Assembly: GCA_963703955.1 (NCBI GenBank)
Contig: CAVPGK010000001.1
Span: forward strand, 1 to 64,000
Direction: 5' to 3'
DNA: 64,000 nucleotides
Origin: Nitrospirota bacterium
Lineage (GTDB): Bacteria; Nitrospirota; Nitrospiria; Nitrospirales; Nitrospiraceae
In this document: in pieces, positions 20,720 to 29,257 of the stretch
Numbering within the stretch: the first letter of the stretch is position 1
How the letters are laid out: each line of letters opens with the position of its first letter
The notes under the pieces: generated by a model
Database searches by the model: none
What the model was told of the DNA's origin: nothing
Seen by the model: the letters and a program-made list of their open reading frames with translations, nothing else
Program-made: the position numbers and the translations under genes

Positions 20720-20862
20720 CGACGGAAAGAAGCTGGAGGACACGATTAACTGGTGGCTTCTCACCACGACTCCCCTCGAAGAGCGTGTTACGAGGAATAG
20801 CGAGCAGTACGTGAGTTCGCGTTGCCGAGTCGGTGAGGCAGCCGTTTACGACGCGGTAATCC

Positions 20863-20894
20863 GAACGCCGCTGGAGGTCTTTTTCAGCAGCCTG
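20863..20894 (-). mobile_element. Terminal fragment of the MITE family
   Basis: gaacgccgctggaggtctttttcagcagcctg matches the end of the copy at 29223-29254. Confidence 0.65.
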
Positions 20895-20908
20895 ATGGTG
20901 GACGTCCA

Positions 20909-22390
20909 GTGATTACACAACGCGTTCTTGGTACGGAAACGGAGTTTGGTATCGCCGCCCGCGATACGGAAGCCACCGATCCGGTTTCCAATTCCCTCCA
21001 ACTGATCGGACATTGCCCTTCACTGCCGTCTCCTCAAGCCATTTGGGACTACGAGAATGAAAACCCGCTGCTCGACATCCGCGGCTTTGAAGCAGAAGGC
21101 GAGCGTGAGCGTCCAGGCCCGGACTACAATCGACTGTTGAACAAGGTGCTCTCCAACGGCGGCCGTCTCTACGTCGACGGGGCCCATCCTGAATATTCTA
21201 CGCCAGAGTGCGCCAACCCCCGAGAATTGGTGGCCTTCGAACGCGCCGGCGAGCGCATTCTTGCCGAATGTTTGCGGGCCATGAATCGGGCGCGAGGCGG
21301 GGAAAAGTTCTCTCTTTACAAGAATAATACCGACGGGAAGGGCAACAGCTACGGCTACCATGAGAATTATTTGCTGAGCCGTTCCGTTCCATTCGACCGG
21401 ATCGTGCGTGTCCTGACCCCTTTCTTGGTGACCCGCCAGATCTACGCCGGGTCGGGTAAAGTCGGGGCCGAAAATCAGACCACCCCAGCGGCCTACCAGA
21501 TCTCCCAGCGCGCCGACTTTTTTGAATGCCTGGTGGATCTGAACACGATGGTCAAACGACCGATCATCAATACTCGCGATGAACCCCATGCCGATCCTGC
21601 AAAATACCGACGGTTCCATGTCATCGTGGGTGATGCCAATATGACCGAGCTTTCAACCTATCTCAAGCTGGGCGCCACCGCGATCATCTTGGACCTCCTC
21701 GAAGACGGGGTGGAATTACCGAACGTCGAATTGGAAGATCCGGTCAGAGCGATCAAGGATGTGTCTCGAGACCTGGACGTCAACAAAACGCTGAAACTAG
21801 CCGATGGTAACATCACATCCGCGATCGGTATCCAACGGGTCTATTTGAAAGCCGCGATGGACTTCTTTGCCTGCCATGAGTTGAACCAGATCACCAAGGA
21901 TATTCTCGTGCGCTGGGAGGAGGTCTTGGACAAGCTCGAGCGGGACCCCATGTTATTGGTTCGTGACCTCGATTGGGTGGCGAAACGGCATATGATCTGC
22001 TCCTACATGGAGCGGAAAGGGTGTGGGTGGGACGATCCTCGTATATCCTTGTTGGACCTTCAGTATCACGATGTTCGGCCGGAGAAGGGACTGTATTACA
22101 CCTTGGAACGGAGCAATTTGGTCGATCGGTTGCTGCAGGACACCGAAATTGGCAAGGCCGAGCATACGGCTCCACTGGGCACTCGGGCGTATTTTAGAGG
22201 GAATTGTCTCAAGAAATTTGGACGGAACATGTACGGGGCCAGTTGGACGTCAGTGCTGTTCGACGTGGGAAACACCACGATCAAGAAGATCCCCTTGATG
22301 GATCCTCTACGCGGCACCGAATCTCTGACGCGTGAGCTGTTGGAGGCATCCGACTCGGCGGAATCATTGCTTGCCAAATTGACCGCCTAA
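20909..22390 (+). CDS. dop: Depupylase/deamidase Dop
   Basis: GTETEFGI, WDYENENPL, NGGRLYVDGAHPEYSTPEC, KNNTDGKGNSYGYHENY, RDEPHAD. Confidence 0.93.
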   Translation: MITQRVLGTETEFGIAARDTEATDPVSNSLQLIGHCPSLPSPQAIWDYENENPLLDIRGFEAEGERERPGPDYNRLLNKVLSNGGRLYVDGAHPEYSTPECANPRELVAFERAGERILAECLRAMNRARGGEKFSLYKNNTDGKGNSYGYHENYLLSRSVPFDRIVRVLTPFLVTRQIYAGSGKVGAENQTTPAAYQISQRADFFECLVDLNTMVKRPIINTRDEPHADPAKYRRFHVIVGDANMTELSTYLKLGATAIILDLLEDGVELPNVELEDPVRAIKDVSRDLDVNKTLKLADGNITSAIGIQRVYLKAAMDFFACHELNQITKDILVRWEEVLDKLERDPMLLVRDLDWVAKRHMICSYMERKGCGWDDPRISLLDLQYHDVRPEKGLYYTLERSNLVDRLLQDTEIGKAEHTAPLGTRAYFRGNCLKKFGRNMYGASWTSVLFDVGNTTIKKIPLMDPLRGTESLTRELLEASDSAESLLAKLTA

Positions 22391-22482
22391 ACGTTACCCG
22401 CCGCTGCTGACCTCTGGGGCCGAGAGCCTGGGACGGTGCGCATCTGCCTCACCGGCGGAGCCAAGACCAAGGGAGAGACGAC

Positions 22483-23313
22483 GTGTCGACCTTTTCAGTG
22501 TTTCCTGATGATGGTGGATCGAGTTTCTTCGACTATTTGGTACGCCAACGCCCTGATCTGATGCCATCGGCCCGCGAGTGGCTGCCGCGCTCGACATCCC
22601 AAGGAGGCGAGGAACGACGCTGGTCTCAGATACCGACGCCCCCGCACGGTACCACCGTGCTGGCGATCAAGTATCAAGGGGGAGTGGTCATCAGCGGCGA
22701 TCGGCGAGCGACCGAAGGCTTTCAGATCGCCGGCCGTGAAATGGAAAAGGTCTTCAAAATCGATGCTTATTCTGCGATGGCGATAGCCGGAACGGCGGGA
22801 CCCGCGATCGAGATGGCGAAGCTCTTTCAGACGGAACTCGAGCACTACGAAAAGCTGGAAGGTATCCAGCTGTCATGCGAAGGCAAGGCCAACAAACTGG
22901 GCCAGATGGTGAAAGCCAACCTACCGATGGTCTTTCAAGGGCTGATTGTGATTCCCATCTTCGTCGGGTACGATCACCGGCGGGGGGAGGGGCGAATCTT
23001 TAAGTACGACGTCACGGGAGGCCGCTATGAGGAATCCGAATATCATTCCATTGGCTCTGGTGGAAAGGATGCGCGCAATACCATTCGGGAGCACTACCGG
23101 AAACACCTGTCGGAGGAGGAGGCGGTAAAACTCGCTTTGCTCGCACTCTATAACGCAGCCGAAGAGGACGTAGGAACCGGAGGGCCCGACCTGATCCGGG
23201 GCATTTATCCGACCGTAAAGATCGTCACCGAATCAGGGATTGCGAATGTCGATGACCCGAGAATCAAGGCGGTCTATACGGCTCTAATCGAAACCCGCGG
23301 GAAGGAGATCTAG
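22483..23313 (+). CDS. prcB: 20S proteasome beta subunit with propeptide
   Basis: SSFFDYL..QRPDL propeptide, PHG|TT catalytic Thr, GDRRAT, GSGG. Confidence 0.96.
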   Translation: MSTFSVFPDDGGSSFFDYLVRQRPDLMPSAREWLPRSTSQGGEERRWSQIPTPPHGTTVLAIKYQGGVVISGDRRATEGFQIAGREMEKVFKIDAYSAMAIAGTAGPAIEMAKLFQTELEHYEKLEGIQLSCEGKANKLGQMVKANLPMVFQGLIVIPIFVGYDHRRGEGRIFKYDVTGGRYEESEYHSIGSGGKDARNTIREHYRKHLSEEEAVKLALLALYNAAEEDVGTGGPDLIRGIYPTVKIVTESGIANVDDPRIKAVYTALIETRGKEI

Positions 23314-23315
23314 TC

Positions 23316-23999
23316 ATGCCGTTGCCCTACTACGTCTCTCCGGAACAGATGATGCAGGATAAGGCAGAGTATGCCAAGAAGGGCATCTCCAAGGGGAGGT
23401 CGATCATCTCCATGGAGTATCAGGACGGCGTCCTGCTCGTCGCCGATAATCCCAGCGCATCCCTGTACAAGATTTCTGAAATCTACGATAACATCGCATT
23501 TTCGGGCGCGGGCAAATACAGCGAGTTTGAAAACCTTCGGAAGGCGGGCATTCGGCACGCGGACTTGAAAGGGTTCATGTACAGCAGAGAAGATGTCACC
23601 GCTCGTTCCTTGGCTAACGGCTATTCCCAGAGCGTCGGCACGATTTTCAGCCAGGAACTCAAACCGTTGGAAGTCGAGATTCTCGTGGTCGAAGTTGGGG
23701 AGCTAGGTCGGCCGAACGAAATGTATCGTATTTCGTTCGATGGCAGTATCTTCGATGAACGCGGCTTCGCGGCGATTGGCGGACGGGCCGAGGCGCTGCA
23801 GGTCTATTTGAAGGAGCGGTACAAGAGCGAGACGCCGACGTTGAAGGCGGCGCTGGCTCTCTGCATGGGAGCCCTGGAGAATGTGACGAACCAGAAGCTC
23901 CCCCTAGAGGGACTTGAAGTCGCCGCTCTGGATCGGACGCGTCCAGGCCGAAAATTCCGTCGCATCGCGGTCTCAGAGGCTCGCCAACTCCTCACCTAG
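23316..23999 (+). CDS. prcA: 20S proteasome alpha subunit
   Basis: PYYVSPEQMMQDKAEYA.KGI..GRS, KISEIYD, LEVA.LDR. Confidence 0.96.
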   Translation: MPLPYYVSPEQMMQDKAEYAKKGISKGRSIISMEYQDGVLLVADNPSASLYKISEIYDNIAFSGAGKYSEFENLRKAGIRHADLKGFMYSREDVTARSLANGYSQSVGTIFSQELKPLEVEILVVEVGELGRPNEMYRISFDGSIFDERGFAAIGGRAEALQVYLKERYKSETPTLKAALALCMGALENVTNQKLPLEGLEVAALDRTRPGRKFRRIAVSEARQLLT

Positions 24000-24133
24000 C
24001 CCCGCCGTTCCACGACATCTCCATAAGAGAGCCGCTTCCGTTGCGATCGGACCCGCGCCGCTAGGTGTCAGGTTGAAGAAAGCGGGAGGCCGGTGTATGC
24101 TGAAAGCAATTGCGGTTGGAATTCCGTTTTTCC

Positions 24134-25510
24134 ATGAAACACCGTATTTTCGGCCTCGAGAACGAGTACGGGCTGATTTTCTCGCCCAACGGGCGAATTT
24201 ACCTTCCGATGGAGAAGGTGCTTGGCTACATCTTCGAAGGCCTCATTCCCAATAGCTGGCCATCCAACGCCTTCCTGGTCAATGGAGCGAGATTCTACCA
24301 GGACACCGGCTGTCATCCTGAGTATTCCACCCCAGAATGCGACAATATTCTTGACCTTGTGATCCACGACAAGGCGGGCGAACGCCTGCTGGAGGCGTGT
24401 TTGCCGGCTGCCGAAGAACGTCTGCGGGAAGAAGGCCTCTCGGGCGAGATCTATATTTTTAAGAACAATACCGATTCTTTGGGGAACACCTATGGGTGCC
24501 ATGAAAACTTTCTCATGCGGCGGGATGTGGACTTTTGGAAGGTCACGGAGCAACTCATCCCGTTTTTCGTGACCCGGCAGATCTATTCAGGTTCCGGCAA
24601 GGTGCTGAAAGTCTCGGGCAAGCCGCAGTTTTTCATTTCGCAACGGGCGCAGCATATCCATGAAAAGACATCCTCCTCGACTACGTCTTCGCGGAGCATC
24701 ATCAATACCAGGGACGAGCCGCACGCGGATGCCGAAAGATACCGCCGGCTTCACATCATCGTCGGCGACTCAAATATGTCCGAGTATGCCACCTATCTGA
24801 AAGTCGGGGTGGCTGCTCTGGTCTTGTCGATGATTGAAGATGGGTTCACGCTGACGGGCATGGAATTGGAAGACCCAGTCAAGGCCATTCGCGAGGTGTC
24901 GCGGGATCCGACCCTGAAGAAAAAAGTGAAGCTAGATGACGGACGGCAATTGAGCGCGATCGAAATCCAGCGGACCTATTTGGACCGAGCCCATGACTAC
25001 CTCTGTACCCAATCCCACGATCCGGTCCTGGATGACGTGCTGGACAAGTGGTCGAGCATCCTGGACCGTCTGGAAGAGGACCCCATGCAGGTGGTCCGGG
25101 AGGTCGATTGGGTGAGCAAGAAGCTCCTCATCCAGTCCTTCGTCGACAAGAAAGGGTGTGGCTGGGACGATCCTAGAATTTTCTTGATGGATCTCCAGTA
25201 CCACGATGTGAAGCGTACCCGAGGGCTTTATTATCTGATGGAGTCCAAGGGTATGATCGAAAGAATCGTGGATGAAGAGGCGGTCCAGCGCGCCATGTCG
25301 GTTCCGCCGCAAACCACCAGGGCTAAAGTCCGCGGCGACTTCATCCGCTTTGCGCGGGCGAAAAACCGCTCCTACACCGTGGACTGGACGTACCTGAAAC
25401 TCAACGGGTACTGGGAAGAGACGATCCTGTGCATGGACCCATTCAGCGCGGTGAATCGTCGGGTGGAAGAGTTGGTTGCACAGGTTTCAGGCCCGCGCTT
25501 GTATCGATAA
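24134..25510 (+). CDS. pafA: Pup-protein ligase
   Basis: RIFGLENEYG, NGARFYQDTGCHPEY, KNNTDSLGNTYGCHENF, TSSSTTSSRSIINTRDEPHAD, VDW...DPF. Confidence 0.95.
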   Translation: MKHRIFGLENEYGLIFSPNGRIYLPMEKVLGYIFEGLIPNSWPSNAFLVNGARFYQDTGCHPEYSTPECDNILDLVIHDKAGERLLEACLPAAEERLREEGLSGEIYIFKNNTDSLGNTYGCHENFLMRRDVDFWKVTEQLIPFFVTRQIYSGSGKVLKVSGKPQFFISQRAQHIHEKTSSSTTSSRSIINTRDEPHADAERYRRLHIIVGDSNMSEYATYLKVGVAALVLSMIEDGFTLTGMELEDPVKAIREVSRDPTLKKKVKLDDGRQLSAIEIQRTYLDRAHDYLCTQSHDPVLDDVLDKWSSILDRLEEDPMQVVREVDWVSKKLLIQSFVDKKGCGWDDPRIFLMDLQYHDVKRTRGLYYLMESKGMIERIVDEEAVQRAMSVPPQTTRAKVRGDFIRFARAKNRSYTVDWTYLKLNGYWEETILCMDPFSAVNRRVEELVAQVSGPRLYR

Positions 25511-25514
25511 GGTT

Positions 25515-25638
25515 CAGGTACTGAAAAAGGCTCCCAACTTTGTTCTCGGGTCGAAAAAATCTTCAACGTACCCCAGAGGGTACGCCTCCGGTTTTTTCTC
25601 CCCTGCGGCCGCGTTGGATGGCCTTTTTGAGTATCCTG
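25515..25638 (+). mobile_element. MITE-like repeat, copy 2
   Basis: CAGGTACTGAAAAAGG ... CCTTTTTGAGTATCCTG; colinear with copy 1. Confidence 0.8.
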
Positions 25639-25675
25639 TAGTCAGATTCCCTATGCGAATGAAGGTCGACAGGAT

Positions 25676-26575
25676 TTGCTGGCCATTGTGGCGGTCGTGT
25701 TGGTGACCAGTGTCTTTCCGGTCGACCTGCTCACCAGCGCGCCGCCGGAGCGCCCCGGAAACGACGGCCAGCTCAGCGGGAATCAAGGGCAGGTGTTGGT
25801 CGTCAAGATCCCCGTCATGGAGCGGGCGACGGCTGTCGTCGGCCGGTTTCTGAACCGCCGAATTCCCTTTTTCATAAGCGAGACGTCCTCCAACCGGGCC
25901 GAGTACATCGGCCTGGTGGGGATCGATCTGCAAGATGCTCCCGGGACTCATGAGCTGACCGTGGAAGTCGAATCACCGAACGACCCGCGACGCTTGAGCT
26001 ACAATGTGTTGGTCATCAAAGAGAAGCATCCGGTCCAGCACTTGACGCTTCCAAGAGACAAGGTCGATCTCGATGAAGAAAGCCTGGTGCGGGTCAAGGC
26101 GGAACAGGAGCTGGTCCGGACGGCGTTGGAAACGATTTCCGAGGAACGGTTTTGGAAGGGCAACTTCATACAACCGGTGCAAGGACCGACGACAGGAGCC
26201 TTCGGGCGGCTACGGGTCATCAACGGTCAGTCCCGCAACCCGCATAATGGCGAGGATATCGCCGCGCCTCTCGGAGCCAACGTCGTGGCCATGAATGATG
26301 GCGTGGTGCGACTCACGGTGGATCACTTCTTTTCCGGCAAGGGTGTGTTTCTAGACCATGGCCTCGGCATGCACTCCATGTATTTTCACCTCTCGGAAGT
26401 CACGGTGGAGGATGGGGAGGCCGTCAAGCGAGGGCAGGTGATCGGTAAGGTCGGCGCCTCAGGCCGGGCGTCCGGTCCTCATCTGCACTGGGGCGTCCGC
26501 CTCAACGGGGCGAGGGTGGACCCCCTGGCTTTGATCAAGCTGTCCTTGAACAATCAGAACCTATCCACCCAGTAG
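25676..26575 (+). CDS. M23 family metallopeptidase (start uncertain; possible indel near 25675)
   Basis: HNGED (HxxxD), YFHL, GPHLHW (HxH). Confidence 0.9.
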   Translation: MLAIVAVVLVTSVFPVDLLTSAPPERPGNDGQLSGNQGQVLVVKIPVMERATAVVGRFLNRRIPFFISETSSNRAEYIGLVGIDLQDAPGTHELTVEVESPNDPRRLSYNVLVIKEKHPVQHLTLPRDKVDLDEESLVRVKAEQELVRTALETISEERFWKGNFIQPVQGPTTGAFGRLRVINGQSRNPHNGEDIAAPLGANVVAMNDGVVRLTVDHFFSGKGVFLDHGLGMHSMYFHLSEVTVEDGEAVKRGQVIGKVGASGRASGPHLHWGVRLNGARVDPLALIKLSLNNQNLSTQ

Positions 26576-26663
26576 TTCATCCTAAGCTCGTTACTGGACA
26601 TTTCCTGCCTGTCGGTGTAGCCTCTTTCCGTATTCTTCCTACGTACCTCAACTCAGTTGCCCT

Positions 26664-27248
26664 ATGGGTACCGGGTCGGGTCTGATCGTCGGATTGACTC
26701 GCGTGCGTGCGTGCGGCGCAATCGCCGGACTCCTCATCCTCTCAGCAATCACCGCTTGTACAGCAATTCCAAGCAAGTTCGTCAAGCAGGCGGAGCCAGG
26801 CGTCACGCTGACCCAACTCACGAAGCACCCCGAGGCGTACACAGGCAAGGTCGTGATCTTAGGTGGAGCCATTATCGAGAAGCGGGAAGATGAGGGGCAG
26901 ATCTGGCTGCTGGTCAGGAACCGCCCCCTCGACGCGGATTACGTCCCGCATATCGCCGCCTCCTTGGGAGGTTCCGAAGACGGAAACTATTGGGTCGTCG
27001 TCACGCAGCAGGGCCTGCCCAAGACCTATGCGAGCTGGGCGCGGCTGACTGTGGTCGGCCGGGTCACCGATCAACGAGCGGCGGATCCCGGGACGATCGT
27101 CGAATCGGGACCGGTCCTCATGGCGATGTATCTCCACGGCTGGGACGCCGGGATGGGTGGCTATGGCCTACGCGAGAGCAGTTGGGAGGCAACCTACCCT
27201 CCCAACACGATTCTCTCGGCGCCGAAACCGGTGCTGAAGAAGGAATAA
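26664..27248 (+). CDS. Slp family outer-membrane lipoprotein
   Basis: Lipobox ITAC, PEAYTGKVVILGG.II, RPLD...P, LTVVGRV. Confidence 0.75.
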   Translation: MGTGSGLIVGLTRVRACGAIAGLLILSAITACTAIPSKFVKQAEPGVTLTQLTKHPEAYTGKVVILGGAIIEKREDEGQIWLLVRNRPLDADYVPHIAASLGGSEDGNYWVVVTQQGLPKTYASWARLTVVGRVTDQRAADPGTIVESGPVLMAMYLHGWDAGMGGYGLRESSWEATYPPNTILSAPKPVLKKE

Positions 27249-27476
27249 GAACCGCTTGGCGGCGCGATTGTCTCCCTTCCTCCCAGTCAATGGTGATTGC
27301 AAGACCCCGTATCGTATCTTCTGACTCCGAGTGGTCGACCGGGATAGACTGCGGGCTGATAGCTGGATAGACTGCAGGATTCGCTGTATATCCCGGCGGA
27401 CGGAACAGGACGACAAATTGAATAAGTATTGGATTTCGAAGTAGACTTTTGCTTGAGCAGATCGCTTAAGCTGCCG

Positions 27477-27520
27477 TGCTATGCTGCGCGGATAGTCTGC
27501 AGCAGACTTAACAGTTATGC
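27477..27520 (+). promoter_or_regulatory. attI-like integration site with an upstream extended -10 promoter
   Basis: TGcTATGCT (27477-27485), palindrome AGTCTGC-a-GCAGACT (27494-27508), core GTTATGC (27514-27520). Confidence 0.5.
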
Positions 27521-29062
27521 GTCAAAAATTGCCGCCCATCCCTATGAGCACGAGGCGAATACTCACCATCGGTCTTGAGGTAGCCTCGCCTGATACACAG
27601 CATGCGAGTTTTCGCTCAAAGACATCGCTTCTCGATTGGGACATCGTACTTTTCAAGCCGCGGATCGACGAGTTCTTCAGCTACGGCGACTATTACCAGG
27701 GGAAGGAAAGCCTTAGCGATAGTGCCTCATTCCAACTTAAAGAGTGCTGTGAACACTGGCGCCGGGAGATCAAGCAGGCTGTTGAAGCGGGGAAGACGGT
27801 AGTCGTCTTCTGCCGGAACTTCAGGAGGTCTTCGTCGACACGGGCCAGCGGTCCTACTCCGGTACCGGTCGCAACCAAAAGACCACACGTCACGTCGCGG
27901 AGTATGACAACTATCAGGCCATACCAGCCGCTCTATCACCGGTGACGGCCACCGGCACTACCATGAAACTGTCTGCGCGTGGCGCAGAGGTGCTTGCTCC
28001 GTATTGGTCCGAGTTTGAGAGCGACTCGCAGTACAAAGTTCTACTCGCGGACCCCAAGGTCCCCGCATGCATCGTCACTCGCACGGGTGAGAAACGGTAG
28101 GCGCACTCTACCGGAGCAAGTGATCGGCGGGCACGCTGCTTCTTCTCCCTGACATCGTAGTTCTACCCTGACAACTTCATCAAACAACGCGGAGAGAAAG
28201 CGAGCTGGACACCGCCGCCGAGCAGTTCGCGGGGCGAATGCTGGCAACGGCGGTCGCGCTAGATAAAGCGCTTCGTAGTGCTGGCGAGATCACCCCGGAA
28301 CCGCCATGGGCTACCGAGTCACAGTTTGCACTCGGACCGGAGAGTGCGCTACGCGTCCAGCTACTCGAAGCCGAGCGGAAGGTCGAGGAGGCGCAGAAGC
28401 ACAAGGAGCAGCTTGGAGAACAACTTCGGTCCGCGGGAGCGTATCGAGCCCTCCTTTTCGAGAAGGGCAAGCCACTGGAGAACGCAATAATTGAGGCGCT
28501 CCGATTGCTGGGCTTCACTGCTGCCCCGTTCAAGGAGTCAGACTCGGAGTTCGATGTCGTCTTTGAGTCCGATGAGGGTCGCCTCATTGGTGAGGCCGAA
28601 GGGAAGGATAGCAAAGCTGTCAAAGTAGACAAGCTGCGGCAACTGGCAATGAACATTCATGAGGACCTTCAGCGCGAGAGCGTTACGAAGCCCGCGAAGG
28701 CAGTGTTGTTCGGTAATGGCTTTCGTCTTCAGGCCCTGAACGAACGGAGCGACCCGTTCACCGAGAAGTGCCTCAGCGCGGCAGCAACTTCCTCCACTGC
28801 ACTGGTTTTTACTCCTGACCTCTTCTGGCCAGTGCAATACCTTGTGAGCCACGCTGACGCTGAGTATGCGCGAGCCTGCCGCCAAGCGATGCTTTCGTCT
28901 ACAGGCCGGGTCACGTTCCCGCCACCACCCGCGATGGAACGGCCCGACGAAGAAACGCTAGTCGAGAAAGCGCGGTGACGCATAACCCCTCGCTCAACCG
29001 GACCGCCAACGGCGTGATCCCTTTCAGGGCACCACGCCGTTGGTGGCCGGTTACCTCGAACG
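27515..29062 (+). mobile_element. Integron gene cassette (~1.55 kb), single, no intI in the window
   Basis: Starts G|TTATGC and ends in an attC whose R'' GCATAAC is the exact reverse complement of that core site. Confidence 0.85.
27544..28978 (+). pseudogene. Cassette ORF (~480 aa if repaired): unknown N-terminal domain, coiled coil, C-terminal restriction-endonuclease-like domain; several frameshifts at 27810-28220
   Basis: LENAIIEALRLLGF...SEFDVVF...IGEAEGK...DKLRQL resembles an Mrr-like PD-(D/E)XK motif; protein-like sequence continues across ORFs 27517-27945 and 28238-28978. Confidence 0.65.
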
Positions 29063-29068
29063 TTAGAC
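28980..29068 (+). other. attC recombination site (89 bp)
   Basis: R'' GCATAAC, L'' GCTCAACC, stem ccggAccgccaacggcgtg / cacgccgttggtggccgg, L' GGTTACC, R' GTTAGAC; begins 1 bp after the ORF stop. Confidence 0.9.
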
Positions 29069-29155
29069 TGCTGTGCAACTGTCCGCGGAGTAATGGCTTC
29101 CACCCCTTATTACAACCTCCCACCCCAAGCGCGCCAAAACGCGGTCTTTCGAACT

Positions 29156-29254
29156 AAGGCCGCAGGGGAGTCAAAACCGGAGGCGTAGCCTCTGGGCTAC
29201 GTTGAGGATTTTGACGACCCGAGAACGCCGCTGGGGGCCTTTTTCAGCATCCTG
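29156..29254 (-). mobile_element. MITE-like repeat, copy 3 (inverted, one end replaced by a REP-like unit)
   Basis: Reverse complement caggatgctgaaaaaggcccccagcggcgttctcgggtcgtcaaaatcctcaacgtagcccagaggctacgcctccggttttgactcccctgcggcc aligns to copies 1 and 2. Confidence 0.8.
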
Positions 29255-29257
29255 CGC

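Noticed and set aside
22600..22614. QGGE in the PrcB propeptide as a hidden Pup C-terminus
   Set aside because: No stop follows, there is no Pup helix (LDEID..LE.NAEEFV), and the surrounding sequence is a normal beta propeptide.
27384..27408. LexA box upstream of the cassette
   Set aside because: CTGT and ACAG are 17 bp apart, not the 8 bp of the proteobacterial box.
27168..27416. Minus-strand ORF as a remnant intI
   Set aside because: No tyrosine recombinase motifs in the translation.
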